A DNA stretch of 64,000 nucleotides from an uncultured Deinococcaceae bacterium (GCA_964252075.1 CAXULY010000004.1:64001-128000), one strand, 5' to 3'; positions 39,395 through 52,672 are shown, counted from the stretch's first letter. Notes: generated by a model from the letters alone, not told the origin. Made by a program: numbers and translations.

Positions 39395-42046
39395 TCACTT
39401 GCAGAGGTCGGTTATGCACAGCTCCAGCTCCGCCCAGTCGCGGTCCTTCTGCACGACCAGCTTCAGGGACAGGGTGCCGTTCTCGAAGGCGTAACTGTCG
39501 CCGTTCGTGGTGTCCAGCTGCGCGAGCGCGACCTTCTTGAGTTTGTTGCGGTTGTCCACCCACCAGTCCCGGTACAGGCTGGGCTCGCTGGCGTACGGCA
39601 GGTCCACGCGCAGGGTGTCGCCCACCGCCCGCTGCGCGAGTTCCAGGCGCAGGTGGGCGGGCGCGGCGTTCTGCAGGCTCAGGCCGTACTGCCCGCCCGC
39701 CACGACCGTCGCGGAGTAGTACGTGCGGTCGTTCGGGACGCCCACCAGGGCCGCGCTGCTCGCGCCCTGACTGAGCGTGACGGTGCCCACGCTGCCCGCG
39801 TTCACGGTGGACAGCCACAGCTGCCCGTAGGGGCGGGGCGGGCACAGGTAGGTGTTCCAGTCGGCCTTGAAGGTGCAGCCGCCGTCGTGCAGCAGGGCGC
39901 TGTTCGCCGTGATGAAGGCGCCCGCCTGCCCGGACACGCTGCCGTCCTGATCCACGAACACCATGGCCTTGTCGCCGTCCTTGTCGGCGGCGGGGTCCTC
40001 GATGAACACCGGGGTGGCGTTCACGAACTTCACGCCCTGCGCGGCGTTGCGGGGGCTGACCGTGAAGGCGTCCTGGCGCAGGTACGACAGGCCGCTCGCC
40101 TTGCGCCCGGCGGTCGGGGTGAAGTTCGCGAAGGTGGTGCCCGTGGCGTGCACGGGACCGTCGTAGAACTGGAAGCCGCGGATGGGGAAGTGCTCGTCCC
40201 ACGGCATGGGGAGGCTGCGCCCGCCCTCACCCCTGGCCTCCCACGATTCGGGCGCGCCGGTGTTCGCGCTCTCCCCCACCACGAGGCCGCCGTCCAGGCC
40301 GCTGTCGCTCGCCGCGAAGGTCGTGCCGACCGCGTTGTCCGCGAGGACCGCGCCGCGCACGGTGAGGTTCTCGCCGCGCAGCCACGCACCCTGGTTGCGC
40401 ACCTTGTACGCCGTGAAGTGCTCGAAGCTGACGGGCACCGGCGCGCTTTTGGGGTCGGCGGGCGTCGCGCGCGGGTCGTAGTACGTGGTGCCGGTCGTGC
40501 CGTCCGGGTTGGGACCGTGGTCCACGTCCAGCCCGAAGCTGCCGTAGCTGTGCGCGACATTCCCGCTGAACTCCCCGAGCGGCGTGCGCTGCGGCCAGGT
40601 ATTCGCGCCGCTCGCGGCGCTCAGGCCGGTGGGGTGCTGCGGCAGGGCGTACCAGAAGCCCACGCCGTCCCCGCCCGCCGCGACGTTGCCGCGCACGGTG
40701 TTCGCGGGGTTGGTGATCCAGAAGGTCGCGGGGCCAGGGTAGCCGGCGTCGCTGGGCAGCACCGCCTGCTGGCCCTTCTTGCTGTCCGGGCGGTGCGTGC
40801 CGAGGGCCAGGTTGCCCTCCAGCACGTTCCCGGTTTCCGCGCCGTCCTCCATGAAGAAGCAGTGCCCGATGGTGTTGTACGCGACGTTGTTCTGCACGCG
40901 CAGGTTGTTCGTGCCGTGAATGGTGAGGCAGCGGTTGAAGTTGTCGTGCAGGCTCACGCCGCGCACGTAGCTGCTGCTGGCGTCCGCGATCAGGTGGTAG
41001 TGGATGGGGTAGCGGCGCACCTGCCCGAGCTGTCCCATGCGCGTGAATTCGGTGTTCTCGAAGCGGCCCTGCGCGCCGTCCATCACCATGATGTGCCCGC
41101 CGAAGCCGGCCGCGCTGGCGTTCATGTCGCCCTGCACGGTCACGTTGCGGCTCAGCAGGCCCACCTCGGCGCGCTCGTCCAGGGTCTGCCCGGCGACCGT
41201 CTGCATCTGCCCGTAGTGCGGGTACTTCAGGGCGGGCGTGAAGGTCACGGTGCTGCCGCTCACGCCCGCGACGGTCACGACCTCCGCCTGGTCCGCGCTG
41301 AAGTCGGTGGAGGCCACCACGAGGCGGTCCCCGCTGCGCCAGTCGGTGCCGCCCTGCACGGTGAGGCTGGTGGCGCCCACAGCCGCCGTGGCGCTGAGGC
41401 GCGTCCAGTTCGTGCGCGGCTGCCCGTGCAGGTCCAGCTGGCCGCCCATCATGGCGCCCAGCACCTTGTCACCCATGTTCATGACGTTCTCGCCGGGCGT
41501 GACGTCCGTGAGGGTGATGGTGGCCCTGTGCGTGAAGGGGTGCCCGTCGGCGCCCACGCTGAGCTTTCCGCCGTCCAGCATGATCCAGTCCGCCCTGAGT
41601 TCCAGGTCGGCGGTGTCCGCGAAGGTCAGGCTGCCCGAGATGGTGAGGTTCGCGAGGCGTGGGGGCGTCACGTCCAGCAGCACGTCCTTGCCCGCAGGGA
41701 TGGTCACGCTCGCGCCCTCGGCGGGCACCTGACCTGAGGGCCAGCTCTTCGGGTCCGACCACTTCAGGGCGCCGCTGGGCACCGGTGCCGGGGTGGGGCT
41801 GGGCGTGGGGGTAGGACCGGGCGCGGGTGTGGGCGCTGGCGCCGGCGTGGGCGCGGGGTTCGGGCCTGGCTTCGGGCTGGGGCTGGGGGATGGCTGCGCG
41901 CCCGCGCCGGGTGTGGGGGACGGGCTGGGCGCGCCACCCACGCTGCTGGTGCCGGAGGTGGACGTGGCCTCCACGGTGGGCAGGGGGTCACCGCAGGCCC
42001 CCAGCAGCAGGGCGAAAGGCAGGAGGAGGGCCAGAGGGGTCTTCAT
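39395..42046 (-). CDS. G8-domain / parallel beta-helix lipoprotein (CEMIP/TMEM2-like)
   Basis: Lipobox LLGAC, Pro-rich linker, WSDPKSW..VP G8 start, RAEVGLLSRNV, MGQ..RYPIHYH, TIHGTN..HCFFMEDG.E and FWITNP.N motifs. Confidence 0.85.
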   Translation of the reverse strand: MKTPLALLLPFALLLGACGDPLPTVEATSTSGTSSVGGAPSPSPTPGAGAQPSPSPSPKPGPNPAPTPAPAPTPAPGPTPTPSPTPAPVPSGALKWSDPKSWPSGQVPAEGASVTIPAGKDVLLDVTPPRLANLTISGSLTFADTADLELRADWIMLDGGKLSVGADGHPFTHRATITLTDVTPGENVMNMGDKVLGAMMGGQLDLHGQPRTNWTRLSATAAVGATSLTVQGGTDWRSGDRLVVASTDFSADQAEVVTVAGVSGSTVTFTPALKYPHYGQMQTVAGQTLDERAEVGLLSRNVTVQGDMNASAAGFGGHIMVMDGAQGRFENTEFTRMGQLGQVRRYPIHYHLIADASSSYVRGVSLHDNFNRCLTIHGTNNLRVQNNVAYNTIGHCFFMEDGAETGNVLEGNLALGTHRPDSKKGQQAVLPSDAGYPGPATFWITNPANTVRGNVAAGGDGVGFWYALPQHPTGLSAASGANTWPQRTPLGEFSGNVAHSYGSFGLDVDHGPNPDGTTGTTYYDPRATPADPKSAPVPVSFEHFTAYKVRNQGAWLRGENLTVRGAVLADNAVGTTFAASDSGLDGGLVVGESANTGAPESWEARGEGGRSLPMPWDEHFPIRGFQFYDGPVHATGTTFANFTPTAGRKASGLSYLRQDAFTVSPRNAAQGVKFVNATPVFIEDPAADKDGDKAMVFVDQDGSVSGQAGAFITANSALLHDGGCTFKADWNTYLCPPRPYGQLWLSTVNAGSVGTVTLSQGASSAALVGVPNDRTYYSATVVAGGQYGLSLQNAAPAHLRLELAQRAVGDTLRVDLPYASEPSLYRDWWVDNRNKLKKVALAQLDTTNGDSYAFENGTLSLKLVVQKDRDWAELELCITDLCK

Positions 42047-42124
42047 GTGACCTTAAGTGTGCGGGTTAGTTATGTGAAGTGTCTGTTAAGAACTCCCGGT
42101 GCCCAGTGCACACCGCACGTGCGC

Positions 42125-42252
42125 TTGACCATTCCCTCCCCCACCTTTAAGGTGCAGGCATGACGCCTTGTCTGCCCCGAACCACCATTTGTCCGGCAGG
42201 CTAGGCTTACACTTTGCCCAGCTGCCCGTCCCGCTCGCGAGGCGGGTTTTTT
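42125..42252 (+). promoter_or_regulatory. promoter + leader-peptide transcription attenuator upstream of asd
   Basis: TTGACC-17-TAAGGT; leader ORF 42160-42204; complementary segments; terminator CCCGC..GCGGG-TTTTTT at 42230-42252. Confidence 0.7.
42160..42204 (+). CDS. putative 14-aa asd leader peptide [14 protein letters not shown]
   Basis: ATG 6 nt after the -10 box; ACC-ACC-ATT (Thr-Thr-Ile) run; precedes the terminator. Confidence 0.6.
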   Translation: MTPCLPRTTICPAG

Positions 42253-42277
42253 CTTGAGACCCAACAGGGAGGTCACC

Positions 42278-43291
<1,014 letters not shown>

Positions 43292-43301
43292 GGGAACGCA
43301 G

Positions 43302-43331
43302 GGAGGCCGGGCCCACGTGGGCCCGGCCTCC
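43302..43331. terminator. hairpin between asd and actP
   Basis: Perfect palindrome GGAGGCCGGGCCCAC-GTGGGCCCGGCCTCC. Confidence 0.65.
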
Positions 43332-43341
43332 GCCGTGTGCG

Positions 43342-44936
<1,595 letters not shown>

Positions 44937-44940
<4 letters not shown>

Positions 44941-45236
44941 GCGCGGACCTCGGCGCGCGCCTGCTCGGCGAGGCGGTCGAACTGCCGGGCGCGGCGCACG
45001 TACACCGCCGCGAGCACCCAGCCCATCACGAACTCCAGGAAGGCCAGCACGTACCCGAGCGTGATGTTCCCCATCACCTTGGCGCTCAGGGCGTCGCGCG
45101 CGTACCCGGCCAGGATGGGCAGCAGCAGGTACAGCACCAGGAAGGTGATGGTCATGGCGACCGTGAAACGGTTGCGTTCCCGGACGAGGCGGATGTACGC
45201 CGAGTCGCGCGGGGCGGTGGGGACGGCCTGCTGCAT
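44937..45236 (-). CDS. DUF485/YjcH family membrane protein
   Basis: Two TM helices, YVRRA..FD motif; directly upstream of actP. Confidence 0.85.
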
Positions 45237-45350
45237 AGGGCACCTCCAGGGCTGGGGGACGTGACGGCCGGATGAATTGTGGTTGTGCCCCGATGGTACT
45301 CCCTGGCGCCCGGGCGGTGCAAAGGCCCCAGGCGTGCCATTCTGGGCCGC

Positions 45351-45707
45351 ATGGATTCCCTCCCCACCCTGTGGGGCGACCAGGAGGCGCGCATCCGCGC
45401 TCGCCTGGAGGCCCTCGATCCCACGCTGGCGCGCTGGGTGCTGGACTTCACCTACGGTGAGGTGTACGCCCGTGACGGCCTGGACCTGAAGACCAAGGAG
45501 TTGCTGGCGTGCGCGATGCTGGTCGCGCAGGGCAACCCGCCGGAACTCACCACGCACCTGCGCGGCGCCCTGCGGGCGGGCGCGACCGAGCAGGAGGTGC
45601 GCGAGGCGCTGCTGCTGGCCGTGCCGTACCTGGGGTTCCCGCGCGTGCTGGGCGCGTTCGAGCAGCTCTCGAAGCTGCTGAAGGGCAAGAAACCGCCCGC
45701 TCCATGA
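45351..45707 (+). CDS. carboxymuconolactone decarboxylase family protein
   Basis: [25 protein letters not shown] and YLGFPR motifs. Confidence 0.9.
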   Translation: MDSLPTLWGDQEARIRARLEALDPTLARWVLDFTYGEVYARDGLDLKTKELLACAMLVAQGNPPELTTHLRGALRAGATEQEVREALLLAVPYLGFPRVLGAFEQLSKLLKGKKPPAP

Positions 45708-45729
45708 GGGGTGGGCGCGGCACCACAGA

Positions 45730-45761
45730 AAGGCCGCCACCTCCGTGGAGGTGGCGGCCTT
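45730..45761. terminator. hairpin after rplS / CMD gene
   Basis: AAGGCCGCCACCTCC-GT-GGAGGTGGCGGCCTT. Confidence 0.7.
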
Positions 45762-45776
45762 CGGGTGCCCGCGGGC

Positions 45777-46202
45777 TTACTCGCCCTGCTGCTCGGCCGC
45801 GGCGGCCTTGTCGGCCGCCTTGGCGCGCGCGTCGCGCATGGTGCGCGAGCGGTCGCTCTTGATGCGGGCCGCCTTGCCGCGCAGTTCGCGCAGGTAATAC
45901 AGCTTCGCGCGGCGCACCTTGCCGCGCTCCAGCACCGTCACCTTGTCGATGAGCGGGCTGTTGAACGGGAAGACGCGCTCGACGCCCTCCCCGAAGCTGA
46001 TCTTGCGGACGGTGAAGGCCTTGCGCGTGCCGCCGCTGTTGATGGCGATGACGACGCCCTCGAAGGCCTGCAGGCGGGTGCGGTTGCCTTCCGTCACCTT
46101 GGTGTCCACGCGGACGGTGTCGCCCGCCTGGAACGCGGGCAGGCCCGCCTTGAGGTGAGGCTGCTCAACGGAGCGGAGGATGGCTCCCCTGTTGATCTTC
46201 AT
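45777..46202 (-). CDS. rplS: 50S ribosomal protein L19
   Basis: [24 protein letters not shown] and [12 protein letters not shown] motifs. Confidence 0.98.
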   Translation of the reverse strand: MKINRGAILRSVEQPHLKAGLPAFQAGDTVRVDTKVTEGNRTRLQAFEGVVIAINSGGTRKAFTVRKISFGEGVERVFPFNSPLIDKVTVLERGKVRRAKLYYLRELRGKAARIKSDRSRTMRDARAKAADKAAAAEQQGE

Positions 46203-46323
46203 GTGCTTCTCCTTTGCGTCGGCGGACCGCCTCCGGATTCCGGGGAACCAGCGGCGTTCACGAGCGCGGTGCGCCCGACTTCGCGGGCAAACTTTAGAAG
46301 TATAGCCTGTGCCCGCCGCGCGC

Positions 46324-46989
46324 TCAAGTGGCGGGCGCGGCCTGCGCGCCCAGCGCCGCCAGCACCGCGTCCAGGCCGCCCGCGAAGCCCTCCACCTGCG
46401 GCCAGTGCGGGGGGAACGGCTGGCTCTGCGTCACCTCGTTCGGCACCACCAGCACCCGCAGGCCCGCGCGCTCGGCGGCGGTCGCGCCGTTCAGGGAGTC
46501 CTCAATGGCCGCCGCCTGCCCCGGCTTTAGGTTCAGCAGCGTGAGCGCCAGCGTGTAGAGTTCCGGGTCGGGCTTCACCTCGCGCACCTCGTCGCGCGTC
46601 GCCATCGCCTCGAAGTGCCCCGCGAGGCCGTGCTGCGCCAGCCACGGCCCCACCCACTCGCGGCTGGAACTCGTCGCGAGCGCCAACCGCAACCCGCGCG
46701 CCCTCGCCTCATCCAGCACCGCGCGCACGCCGGGCCGCAGTTCCGCCGCGCGGATGTCCTGCAAGATGCCCTCGTGCAGCTCCCGGTACACCTCGTCGCG
46801 CCGCTCGCGCACGCCCTCCGGCAGTCCCGCCCACGGGTCGAAGGCCCCCCACGTGCCGATGCCGCGCTGCCAGTCCGTGAGCAGGAGTTCCCGCCCGTGC
46901 TGCTGGTACAGCGCCTCCCAGCGCCGGAACTCGTGCGTCTCGGTGTCGAGGATGGTGCCGTCGAAGTCGAAAATCAGGGCCTCCAGCAT
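46324..46989 (-). CDS. HAD-family phosphatase
   Basis: [22 protein letters not shown] and IEDS.NG motifs. Confidence 0.92.
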   Translation of the reverse strand: MLEALIFDFDGTILDTETHEFRRWEALYQQHGRELLLTDWQRGIGTWGAFDPWAGLPEGVRERRDEVYRELHEGILQDIRAAELRPGVRAVLDEARARGLRLALATSSSREWVGPWLAQHGLAGHFEAMATRDEVREVKPDPELYTLALTLLNLKPGQAAAIEDSLNGATAAERAGLRVLVVPNEVTQSQPFPPHWPQVEGFAGGLDAVLAALGAQAAPAT

Positions 46990-47085
46990 GCCCCCAGTGT
47001 AGTGACGCACCCCCAGCGTGCGGTCAGGTGCGGTGAAGGCCCGCTCATCTGGCGCTTCACGCCCCACCCGCACAATGAACGGCAG

Positions 47086-47712
47086 ATGCTCGACTGGATT
47101 CAGAACCTGATGGACTCCATGGGGTATGCCGGGATTGTGCTGCTGATGTTCCTGGAGAACATCTTCCCGCCGCTGCCCTCCGAACTGGTGATGCCCGCCG
47201 CGGGCTTCGCCGCCGCCCGCGGCGACCTGAACCTCATCGGCGTGGTGCTCGCGGGCACGCTCGGCAGCGTGCTGGGGGCGCTGCCGCTGTACTGGCTGGG
47301 GCACGCGGTGGGCGAGGACCGCCTCGCCCGCTGGGCGGACCGCTGGGGCAAGTGGCTCACGGTGTCCGGCGACGAGGTGCGCCGCGCCGACGACTGGTTC
47401 GACCGCTTCGGGCACCGCATCGTGCTGTTCGCGCGCGTCGTGCCGGGCGTGCGCTCCCTGATCTCCATCCCGGCGGGCATCTCCGAGATGCCCATCCTGA
47501 AGTTCGTGCTGTACACCACCCTCGGCACCGCCGTGTGGTCCACCATCATGGCGATGCTCGGGCACACGCTCGGCGATCACTACGAGCAGGTGGAGCGCTG
47601 GGTGGGGCCGGTCGGCGCGGTCATCCTGATCCTCATCGCGCTGTACCTGCTGTTCACGGTCGTGCGCCGCCACCGCAAGGGCGCGGGCGCGCCGGAGAAA
47701 CAACCGCACTGA
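47086..47712 (+). CDS. DedA family membrane protein
   Basis: LENIFPPLPSE and ARVVPGVRSLISIPAG motifs. Confidence 0.93.
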   Translation: MLDWIQNLMDSMGYAGIVLLMFLENIFPPLPSELVMPAAGFAAARGDLNLIGVVLAGTLGSVLGALPLYWLGHAVGEDRLARWADRWGKWLTVSGDEVRRADDWFDRFGHRIVLFARVVPGVRSLISIPAGISEMPILKFVLYTTLGTAVWSTIMAMLGHTLGDHYEQVERWVGPVGAVILILIALYLLFTVVRRHRKGAGAPEKQPH

Positions 47713-47765
47713 AGCAGGGCTGCACCACCCGTTTTTCACCGCCGGGCCTTAGCATGGCCTCAGCC

Positions 47766-48551
47766 ATGACTGAAGTGCCCACCCCCAAGAAGAAGCGCGG
47801 CGGGGTCCCCAAAACCGTGTGGGACCTGATCTTCACGCTGCTGATCCCCATCCTGATCCTCAGCCCGAACATCCTCGGGAGCGGCATCTCCGTGAGCGAG
47901 ATGCTGTTCGGCGGCGGCAGCGCCGGGAACATCCGCGCGTACATCCTCGCGGCCGTGGTGCCCGTCATTTACGTGATCGTGGACCTGATCGTGACGCGCA
48001 GCCTGAGTCCCATCGCGCTGTTCGGCGGCGCGACCGCCCTGCTGAACGGCGCGCTGACCTTCTGGTACGTGGACGGCGCGCTGTACGCCTTCAAGGACAG
48101 CCTGCTGCGCTTTCTGATCGCACTGTTCGCCCTGGGGAGCATCGCGACGCGCGTGCCGCTCTTCCGGGTGTTCCTGGACGGCGCGTCCGTCGCGGAGTCG
48201 CCCGAGCACCGCGCCGCCACGCAGGTCGCGCTGAAAGACGGCGGGGTGACGCGCGCGCTGGTGACCGCCACGCTGCTGCTCGCCGCCGCCGAGGTGCTGG
48301 CGGGACTCGTGAACTTCTTCGTGAACCTGCACCTCGTCACCGCGAAGTTCGGAACGGACGCCTTCAACGCGCAGAAGGCCAGCGCGGACACCGTGATGCG
48401 CTTCCCCAGCATCCTCATGTTCCTCGCGGGGTTCTTCCTGGGGTACCTGGTGGTGCAGCGCGCGGTGACCGCCCGCTGGGGCAAGGGCGCGAACCTCTTC
48501 GAGCCGGAGCAGCTCAGCAAGACCCTCAAGGAGCGCGGCGAGCTGAGCTGA
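47766..48551 (+). CDS. VC0807-like integral membrane protein
   Basis: Several TM helices, coding codon bias; family call tentative. Confidence 0.7.
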   Translation: MTEVPTPKKKRGGVPKTVWDLIFTLLIPILILSPNILGSGISVSEMLFGGGSAGNIRAYILAAVVPVIYVIVDLIVTRSLSPIALFGGATALLNGALTFWYVDGALYAFKDSLLRFLIALFALGSIATRVPLFRVFLDGASVAESPEHRAATQVALKDGGVTRALVTATLLLAAAEVLAGLVNFFVNLHLVTAKFGTDAFNAQKASADTVMRFPSILMFLAGFFLGYLVVQRAVTARWGKGANLFEPEQLSKTLKERGELS

Positions 48552-48564
48552 TCGTCCCACCCCG

Positions 48565-48600
48565 CGCGGGCACCGCGGCCCCAGTGGCTCGGTGCCCGCG
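48565..48600. terminator. hairpin between convergent genes
   Basis: CGCGGGCACCG..CGGTGCCCGCG followed by TTTC. Confidence 0.55.
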
Positions 48601-48607
48601 TTTCACT

Positions 48608-49123
48608 TCAGAAGCGGATGGAGTTCAGGGCGGCGTCCAGCGCCCCGCGGTGCTGCGGCAGTGCCGTCACGGTGGCGTTCGCGGTCACGACCAGCGCGCG
48701 CCCCTGCTCGCTGGTGATCAGGATGCGGTCGTACACCGGCTGGTCCGCCGCCTGGAAGGTGAAGGCCAGCTCGTACCAGTCGCGGCCACCCAGCGCGCGC
48801 AGGCCGTTTCGCTCCCAGGACAGCACCCGCAGGTTCGAGGCGATGAAGGCCTTCATGTACGCACCGAAGGCCTTCAGCTGCCCGGCGGGCAGCGTCGCGT
48901 CGCGCAGCTCGAAGGCGATGTTCACGCGCGTGTCCGGGGTGGTGTACACCAGCCGTGGCGGAACGCCGCGCGGGTACTTCAGCGCGATCACGTCGGCCGT
49001 CATGGGCGCGAAGCCAGGCGGCACCTCCAGGCTGAGGGTCGTGCCGGGCACCGTCACGCGGGCGGCGAGGGCGGGCGTGACGAGCAGGGCGGCAGTGGTC
49101 AGCAGGGCAGCGGCGAGGCGCAT
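48608..49123 (-). CDS. exported hypothetical protein (PsbP/DcrB-like fold possible)
   Basis: Signal peptide [11 protein letters not shown]; ends LNSIRF; TACAGT -10 box 6 nt before the ATG. Confidence 0.7.
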   Translation of the reverse strand: MRLAAALLTTAALLVTPALAARVTVPGTTLSLEVPPGFAPMTADVIALKYPRGVPPRLVYTTPDTRVNIAFELRDATLPAGQLKAFGAYMKAFIASNLRVLSWERNGLRALGGRDWYELAFTFQAADQPVYDRILITSEQGRALVVTANATVTALPQHRGALDAALNSIRF

Positions 49124-49159
49124 GGCTTCACTGTAGGGCGCGCGTGTTTTACTGCGTGC

Positions 49160-50272
49160 ATGCTTCAGTTCCAGCGTGCCGAACTCCTGCTCGTCCGCCT
49201 GCCCCTCAAGTTCCGTTTCGAGACGAGTTTCGGGGTGCAGACCGACAAACTCATCCCGCTGCTGGTGCTGCACGGGGACGGCGCGTACGGCCTGTCGGAA
49301 GGCGTGATGGACGCCACCGTGCCCATGTACCGCGAGGAGACCGTGGCGGGCGCCCTGCCGCTGCTGCGCGAGGTGCTGCTGCCGCGCGTGCTGGGCAAAA
49401 GCTTCCCGAACCCCGAGGCGGTGGGCGCGGCGCTCGCCGACCTGCGCGGGAACCGCATGGCGAAGGCCATGGTGGAGATGGCCGCGTGGGACCTGTGGGC
49501 GCGGCAGCTGGGCGTGCCGCTCTGGCAACTGCTGGGCGGCGACAAGACGGAGGTGGCGGTCGGGGTGTCGCTCGGCATTCAGGCGGACGAGGCGGCGACC
49601 GTGGAGACCGTCGCGCGGCACGTGGAGCAGGGCTACCAGCGCATCAAGCTGAAGGTGAAGCCCGGCTGGGACGTGGCGCCCGTGCGCGCGGTGCGCGCGG
49701 CCTTCCCGGACCTGAAACTCACGGTGGACGCCAACAGCGCCTACACCCTCGCGGACACCCGGACCTTCCAGGCGCTGGACGAGCACCGCCTGGATTACGC
49801 GGAGCAGCCGCTCGCCTTCGACGACCTCGTGGATCACGCGGCGCTGCAGGCGCGCATCCGCACGCCGCTGTGCCTGGACGAGAGCATCCTGACCGCCGAG
49901 GACACCCGCAAGGCCCTCGCGCTGGACGCGGGGCGCGTCATCAACATCAAGGTGGGGCGCGTGGGGGGGCACGCCGAGGCGCGGCGCGTGCATGACGTGG
50001 CGCGCAGCTTCGGGGTGCCGGTGTGGTGCGGCGGCATGCTGGAGGGCGGTGTGGGCCGCGCGCACAACATTCACCTCTCGACGCTGCCGGGCTTCACGAA
50101 GCCGGGGGACACCAGCAGCGCCAGCCGCTACTGGGCGCAGGACGTGATTAACGAGCCGCTGGAGACGCAGGGCGGCGTGATGCGTGTGCCGGACGGTCCG
50201 GGAATCGGCGTGACGCTGAACCGGGACTTCCTGGCGGGTGCCGCCGAGCTGAGCGAGGAGTTCCGCGCTTGA
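49160..50272 (+). CDS. menC: o-succinylbenzoate synthase / N-succinylamino acid racemase (enolase superfamily)
   Basis: [41 protein letters not shown] and PGDTS motifs. Confidence 0.9.
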   Translation: MLQFQRAELLLVRLPLKFRFETSFGVQTDKLIPLLVLHGDGAYGLSEGVMDATVPMYREETVAGALPLLREVLLPRVLGKSFPNPEAVGAALADLRGNRMAKAMVEMAAWDLWARQLGVPLWQLLGGDKTEVAVGVSLGIQADEAATVETVARHVEQGYQRIKLKVKPGWDVAPVRAVRAAFPDLKLTVDANSAYTLADTRTFQALDEHRLDYAEQPLAFDDLVDHAALQARIRTPLCLDESILTAEDTRKALALDAGRVINIKVGRVGGHAEARRVHDVARSFGVPVWCGGMLEGGVGRAHNIHLSTLPGFTKPGDTSSASRYWAQDVINEPLETQGGVMRVPDGPGIGVTLNRDFLAGAAELSEEFRA

Positions 50273-51030
50273 GCGACGCGTTTCGCATTCGTGACCTCAG
50301 CAGCGCGCGCGAGATGGAGGCGCTGGAGGACCTGCAGCGCGCCGCGTGGGGGTACCCGGAGCTGGAGGTGCACCCCGGGAACATCTTCAAGATTCACGCG
50401 CACACGGGCGGCGTGGTGGCGATGGCAGAGGACGCCTCGGGCGCACCGATCGGCTTCGTGTTCGGCTTCCCGGCGTACCGGGAGGGCGAGCTGTGGCACC
50501 ACTCGCACATGCTGGCGGTGCGGCCCGAGGCGCGCGGCTCGGGCGTCGCGGAGGCCCTGAAGCGCCACCAGCGCGCGCGGGTGCTGGAGATGGGCCTCAC
50601 GCGCATGACCTGGACCTTCGATCCGCTCGTGACGCGCAACGCGCGCTTCAACCTGGGGAAGCTGGGCGCGCGGGCGCTCACCTACCACCCGGAGTGGTAC
50701 GTGAGTGAGGACATCCCCGCGGACCGCCTGATGATCTCCTGGGACCTCACGCGCGAGACGGTCGCGCACGCACCGCCCGCGCCGGAGGGCGAGGCGGTGC
50801 TGGAGCGCACGGGCGACGCGCCGGGGGCCCCCCGGCTGGACCGGACGGAGGCGCGCCTGCTGGTGGAGGCGCCCGCAGACGCGGCGCGGCTGCCCCTCAC
50901 CACGCGGCTCGCCTGGCGCCTCGCCCTGCGGGAGGCGCTGGGTCATTACCTGGGGCGTCGCTACGCCGTCACGGACCTCGCGCGGGACGGCGAGCGCGTG
51001 TGGTACGTGCTGGAGCGCCCGCAGGGATAG
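50269..51030 (+). CDS. GNAT acyltransferase (probable D-amino acid N-succinyltransferase)
   Basis: [25 protein letters not shown] and DRL motifs; TTGA overlap with the NSAR gene. Confidence 0.85.
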   Translation: MSDAFRIRDLSSAREMEALEDLQRAAWGYPELEVHPGNIFKIHAHTGGVVAMAEDASGAPIGFVFGFPAYREGELWHHSHMLAVRPEARGSGVAEALKRHQRARVLEMGLTRMTWTFDPLVTRNARFNLGKLGARALTYHPEWYVSEDIPADRLMISWDLTRETVAHAPPAPEGEAVLERTGDAPGAPRLDRTEARLLVEAPADAARLPLTTRLAWRLALREALGHYLGRRYAVTDLARDGERVWYVLERPQG

Positions 51031-51036
51031 GGCGCC

Positions 51037-51963
51037 TCAGTCGCCCAGCCGCTCCCCGAGCGTCCCGCCCGCGCCGCGCCACCAGTCGAGGGCGGGCATG
51101 GGGCGCTTGCCCTCCGGCTGCACTGTGAGCAACTCCACGGCGCCCTGAGCGCATGCGACCTTCAGGCCAGCGTCCGTCACGCCCAGCAGTTCGCCCGGCT
51201 GGCCGGAGCCTTCGGCGGGGCGCAGGGCGTTCAGCTTGAGGAGCTTGCCGCGCCACGCGGTGAAGCTGCCGGGCCACGCGAACACACCCCGGTAGCGGTC
51301 ATACACCGCCTGTGCGCCCTCCGCCCAGCGCACGCGCCCGTCCTCCTTGTCGAGCATGGGGGCGTGCGTGGCCTGGGCGTCGTCCTGCGGCTGGGGGGTG
51401 AGGGCGTCCAGGCGCGAGAGGGCGTCCACGATCAGGCGCGCGGCCTGCGCGGACAGCGCCGCGGAGAGGTCCACGCTCGTCCAGTCCGGTGGGATGCTCA
51501 GGCGTTCCTGCAGCAGGATGGGGCCGGTGTCCATGCCGGGGTCCGTCTGCATGATGGTGGTGCCCGTGACCGTCTCTCCCCGGATGAGCGCCCACTGGAT
51601 GGGCGCCGCGCCCCGGTAATGGGGCAGCAGGCTGGTGTGCGTGTTCACGAAACCGTGCGGCGGCACGGCCAGCAGACTTGCGGGCAGGATCTTCCCGTAC
51701 GCGCAGGTGACGGCCACCTCCGCGCCCGAGTCCCGCAACTGCGCGGCGAAGTCCGCGTTGCCGCGCAGCTTCGCGGGCTGCGCGAGTGGCAGGCCGAGCT
51801 CCTGCGCGCGCGCCGCGACGGGCGGCGGCGTGAGCTTCAGCCCGCGCCCCACGGGCTTGTCAGGCTGCGCGACCACCAGCGGCACCTCGAACTGCGCGCG
51901 GATGGCCTCCAGCACGGGCAGCGCGAAGGCGGGCGACCCGAAAAACGCAACGCGGGAGATCAA
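51037..51963 (-). CDS. fmt: methionyl-tRNA formyltransferase
   Basis: FFGSP.FA, QPDKPVGRG, HTSLLP.YRGAAPIQ and GMDTG motifs. Confidence 0.96.
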   Translation of the reverse strand: MISRVAFFGSPAFALPVLEAIRAQFEVPLVVAQPDKPVGRGLKLTPPPVAARAQELGLPLAQPAKLRGNADFAAQLRDSGAEVAVTCAYGKILPASLLAVPPHGFVNTHTSLLPHYRGAAPIQWALIRGETVTGTTIMQTDPGMDTGPILLQERLSIPPDWTSVDLSAALSAQAARLIVDALSRLDALTPQPQDDAQATHAPMLDKEDGRVRWAEGAQAVYDRYRGVFAWPGSFTAWRGKLLKLNALRPAEGSGQPGELLGVTDAGLKVACAQGAVELLTVQPEGKRPMPALDWWRGAGGTLGERLGD

Positions 51964-51973
51964 CGCGTCACGC

Positions 51974-52621
51974 TCAACGCCCGCGCCGCTCGCGGACCGT
52001 AACGGGCGGCTCGATGCGCTTCAGGTACGCCTTCGCCTCGCGCTGCATGGCGGCCAGTTCCTTGCGGTGCGCTTCCGTCACATCGCCGGGCAGCAGGTCC
52101 AGGAACAGCCGCCCGTTCAGGTGGTCGGTCTCGTGCTGGTACACGCGCGCCACGTAATCCTCGGCGTCCTCGACATGCTCCGCGCCCGTCAGGTCCTGGT
52201 AGCGCACGCGCACGCGGCGGTAGCGTTTCACGCCATCCTCGTAAATGCCGGGGATGGACAGGCAGCCCTCCTGGTAGCTGGTGTCACCGCGCTTGTCGGT
52301 CACCTCCAGCACGGGGTTCACCATCACGACCTCGCGCAGCACGCGGCTCTTGAGGGGCGTGTCCTGCGCTTCATTCTCCTCCTCGTCGTCCTCGTACTCG
52401 GCGGCGACGAACATCCGCACGCCGAGCCCGATCTGGGGTGCGGCGAGGCCCACGCCGCGCGCCTCGTACATGGTTTCCAGCATGTTGCGCGCGACGCTCT
52501 CCAGATCAGCGGGCTCGAAACCTGGCACAGTCACAGGCTCGGTGAAGGCCGTCACGGCGCTCGCCCTGCGGCGCAAGACAGGGTCGCCGTACAGGCGGAT
52601 GGGGTAAATGGTGTGCGGCAC
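51974..52621 (-). CDS. def: peptide deformylase
   Basis: GVGLAAPQIG, EGCLSIP and QHETDHL motifs. Confidence 0.97.
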   Translation of the reverse strand: MPHTIYPIRLYGDPVLRRRASAVTAFTEPVTVPGFEPADLESVARNMLETMYEARGVGLAAPQIGLGVRMFVAAEYEDDEEENEAQDTPLKSRVLREVVMVNPVLEVTDKRGDTSYQEGCLSIPGIYEDGVKRYRRVRVRYQDLTGAEHVEDAEDYVARVYQHETDHLNGRLFLDLLPGDVTEAHRKELAAMQREAKAYLKRIEPPVTVRERRGR

Positions 52622-52672
52622 AGTGCCTCTGTTTTACCAAACGCAGAGGAACGAACAGGAATGCAGTGCGCC

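Noticed and set aside
38045..41737. Very long antisense ORFs (this 1230-aa one, also 10431-13319, 51635-54136 and others)
   Set aside because: Shadow frames of real genes caused by stop-codon scarcity in high-GC DNA; no domain motifs.
41780..41945. Short tandem-like GC repeats (also about 53670-53900 and 30000-30120)
   Set aside because: They encode Pro/Thr/Ala linkers or the helicase RG-rich tail and are not independent repeat elements.
42125..42252. Lysine riboswitch or T-box upstream of asd
   Set aside because: The leader is too short and I see no T-box or lysine-aptamer hallmark motifs; uORF attenuation explains it better.
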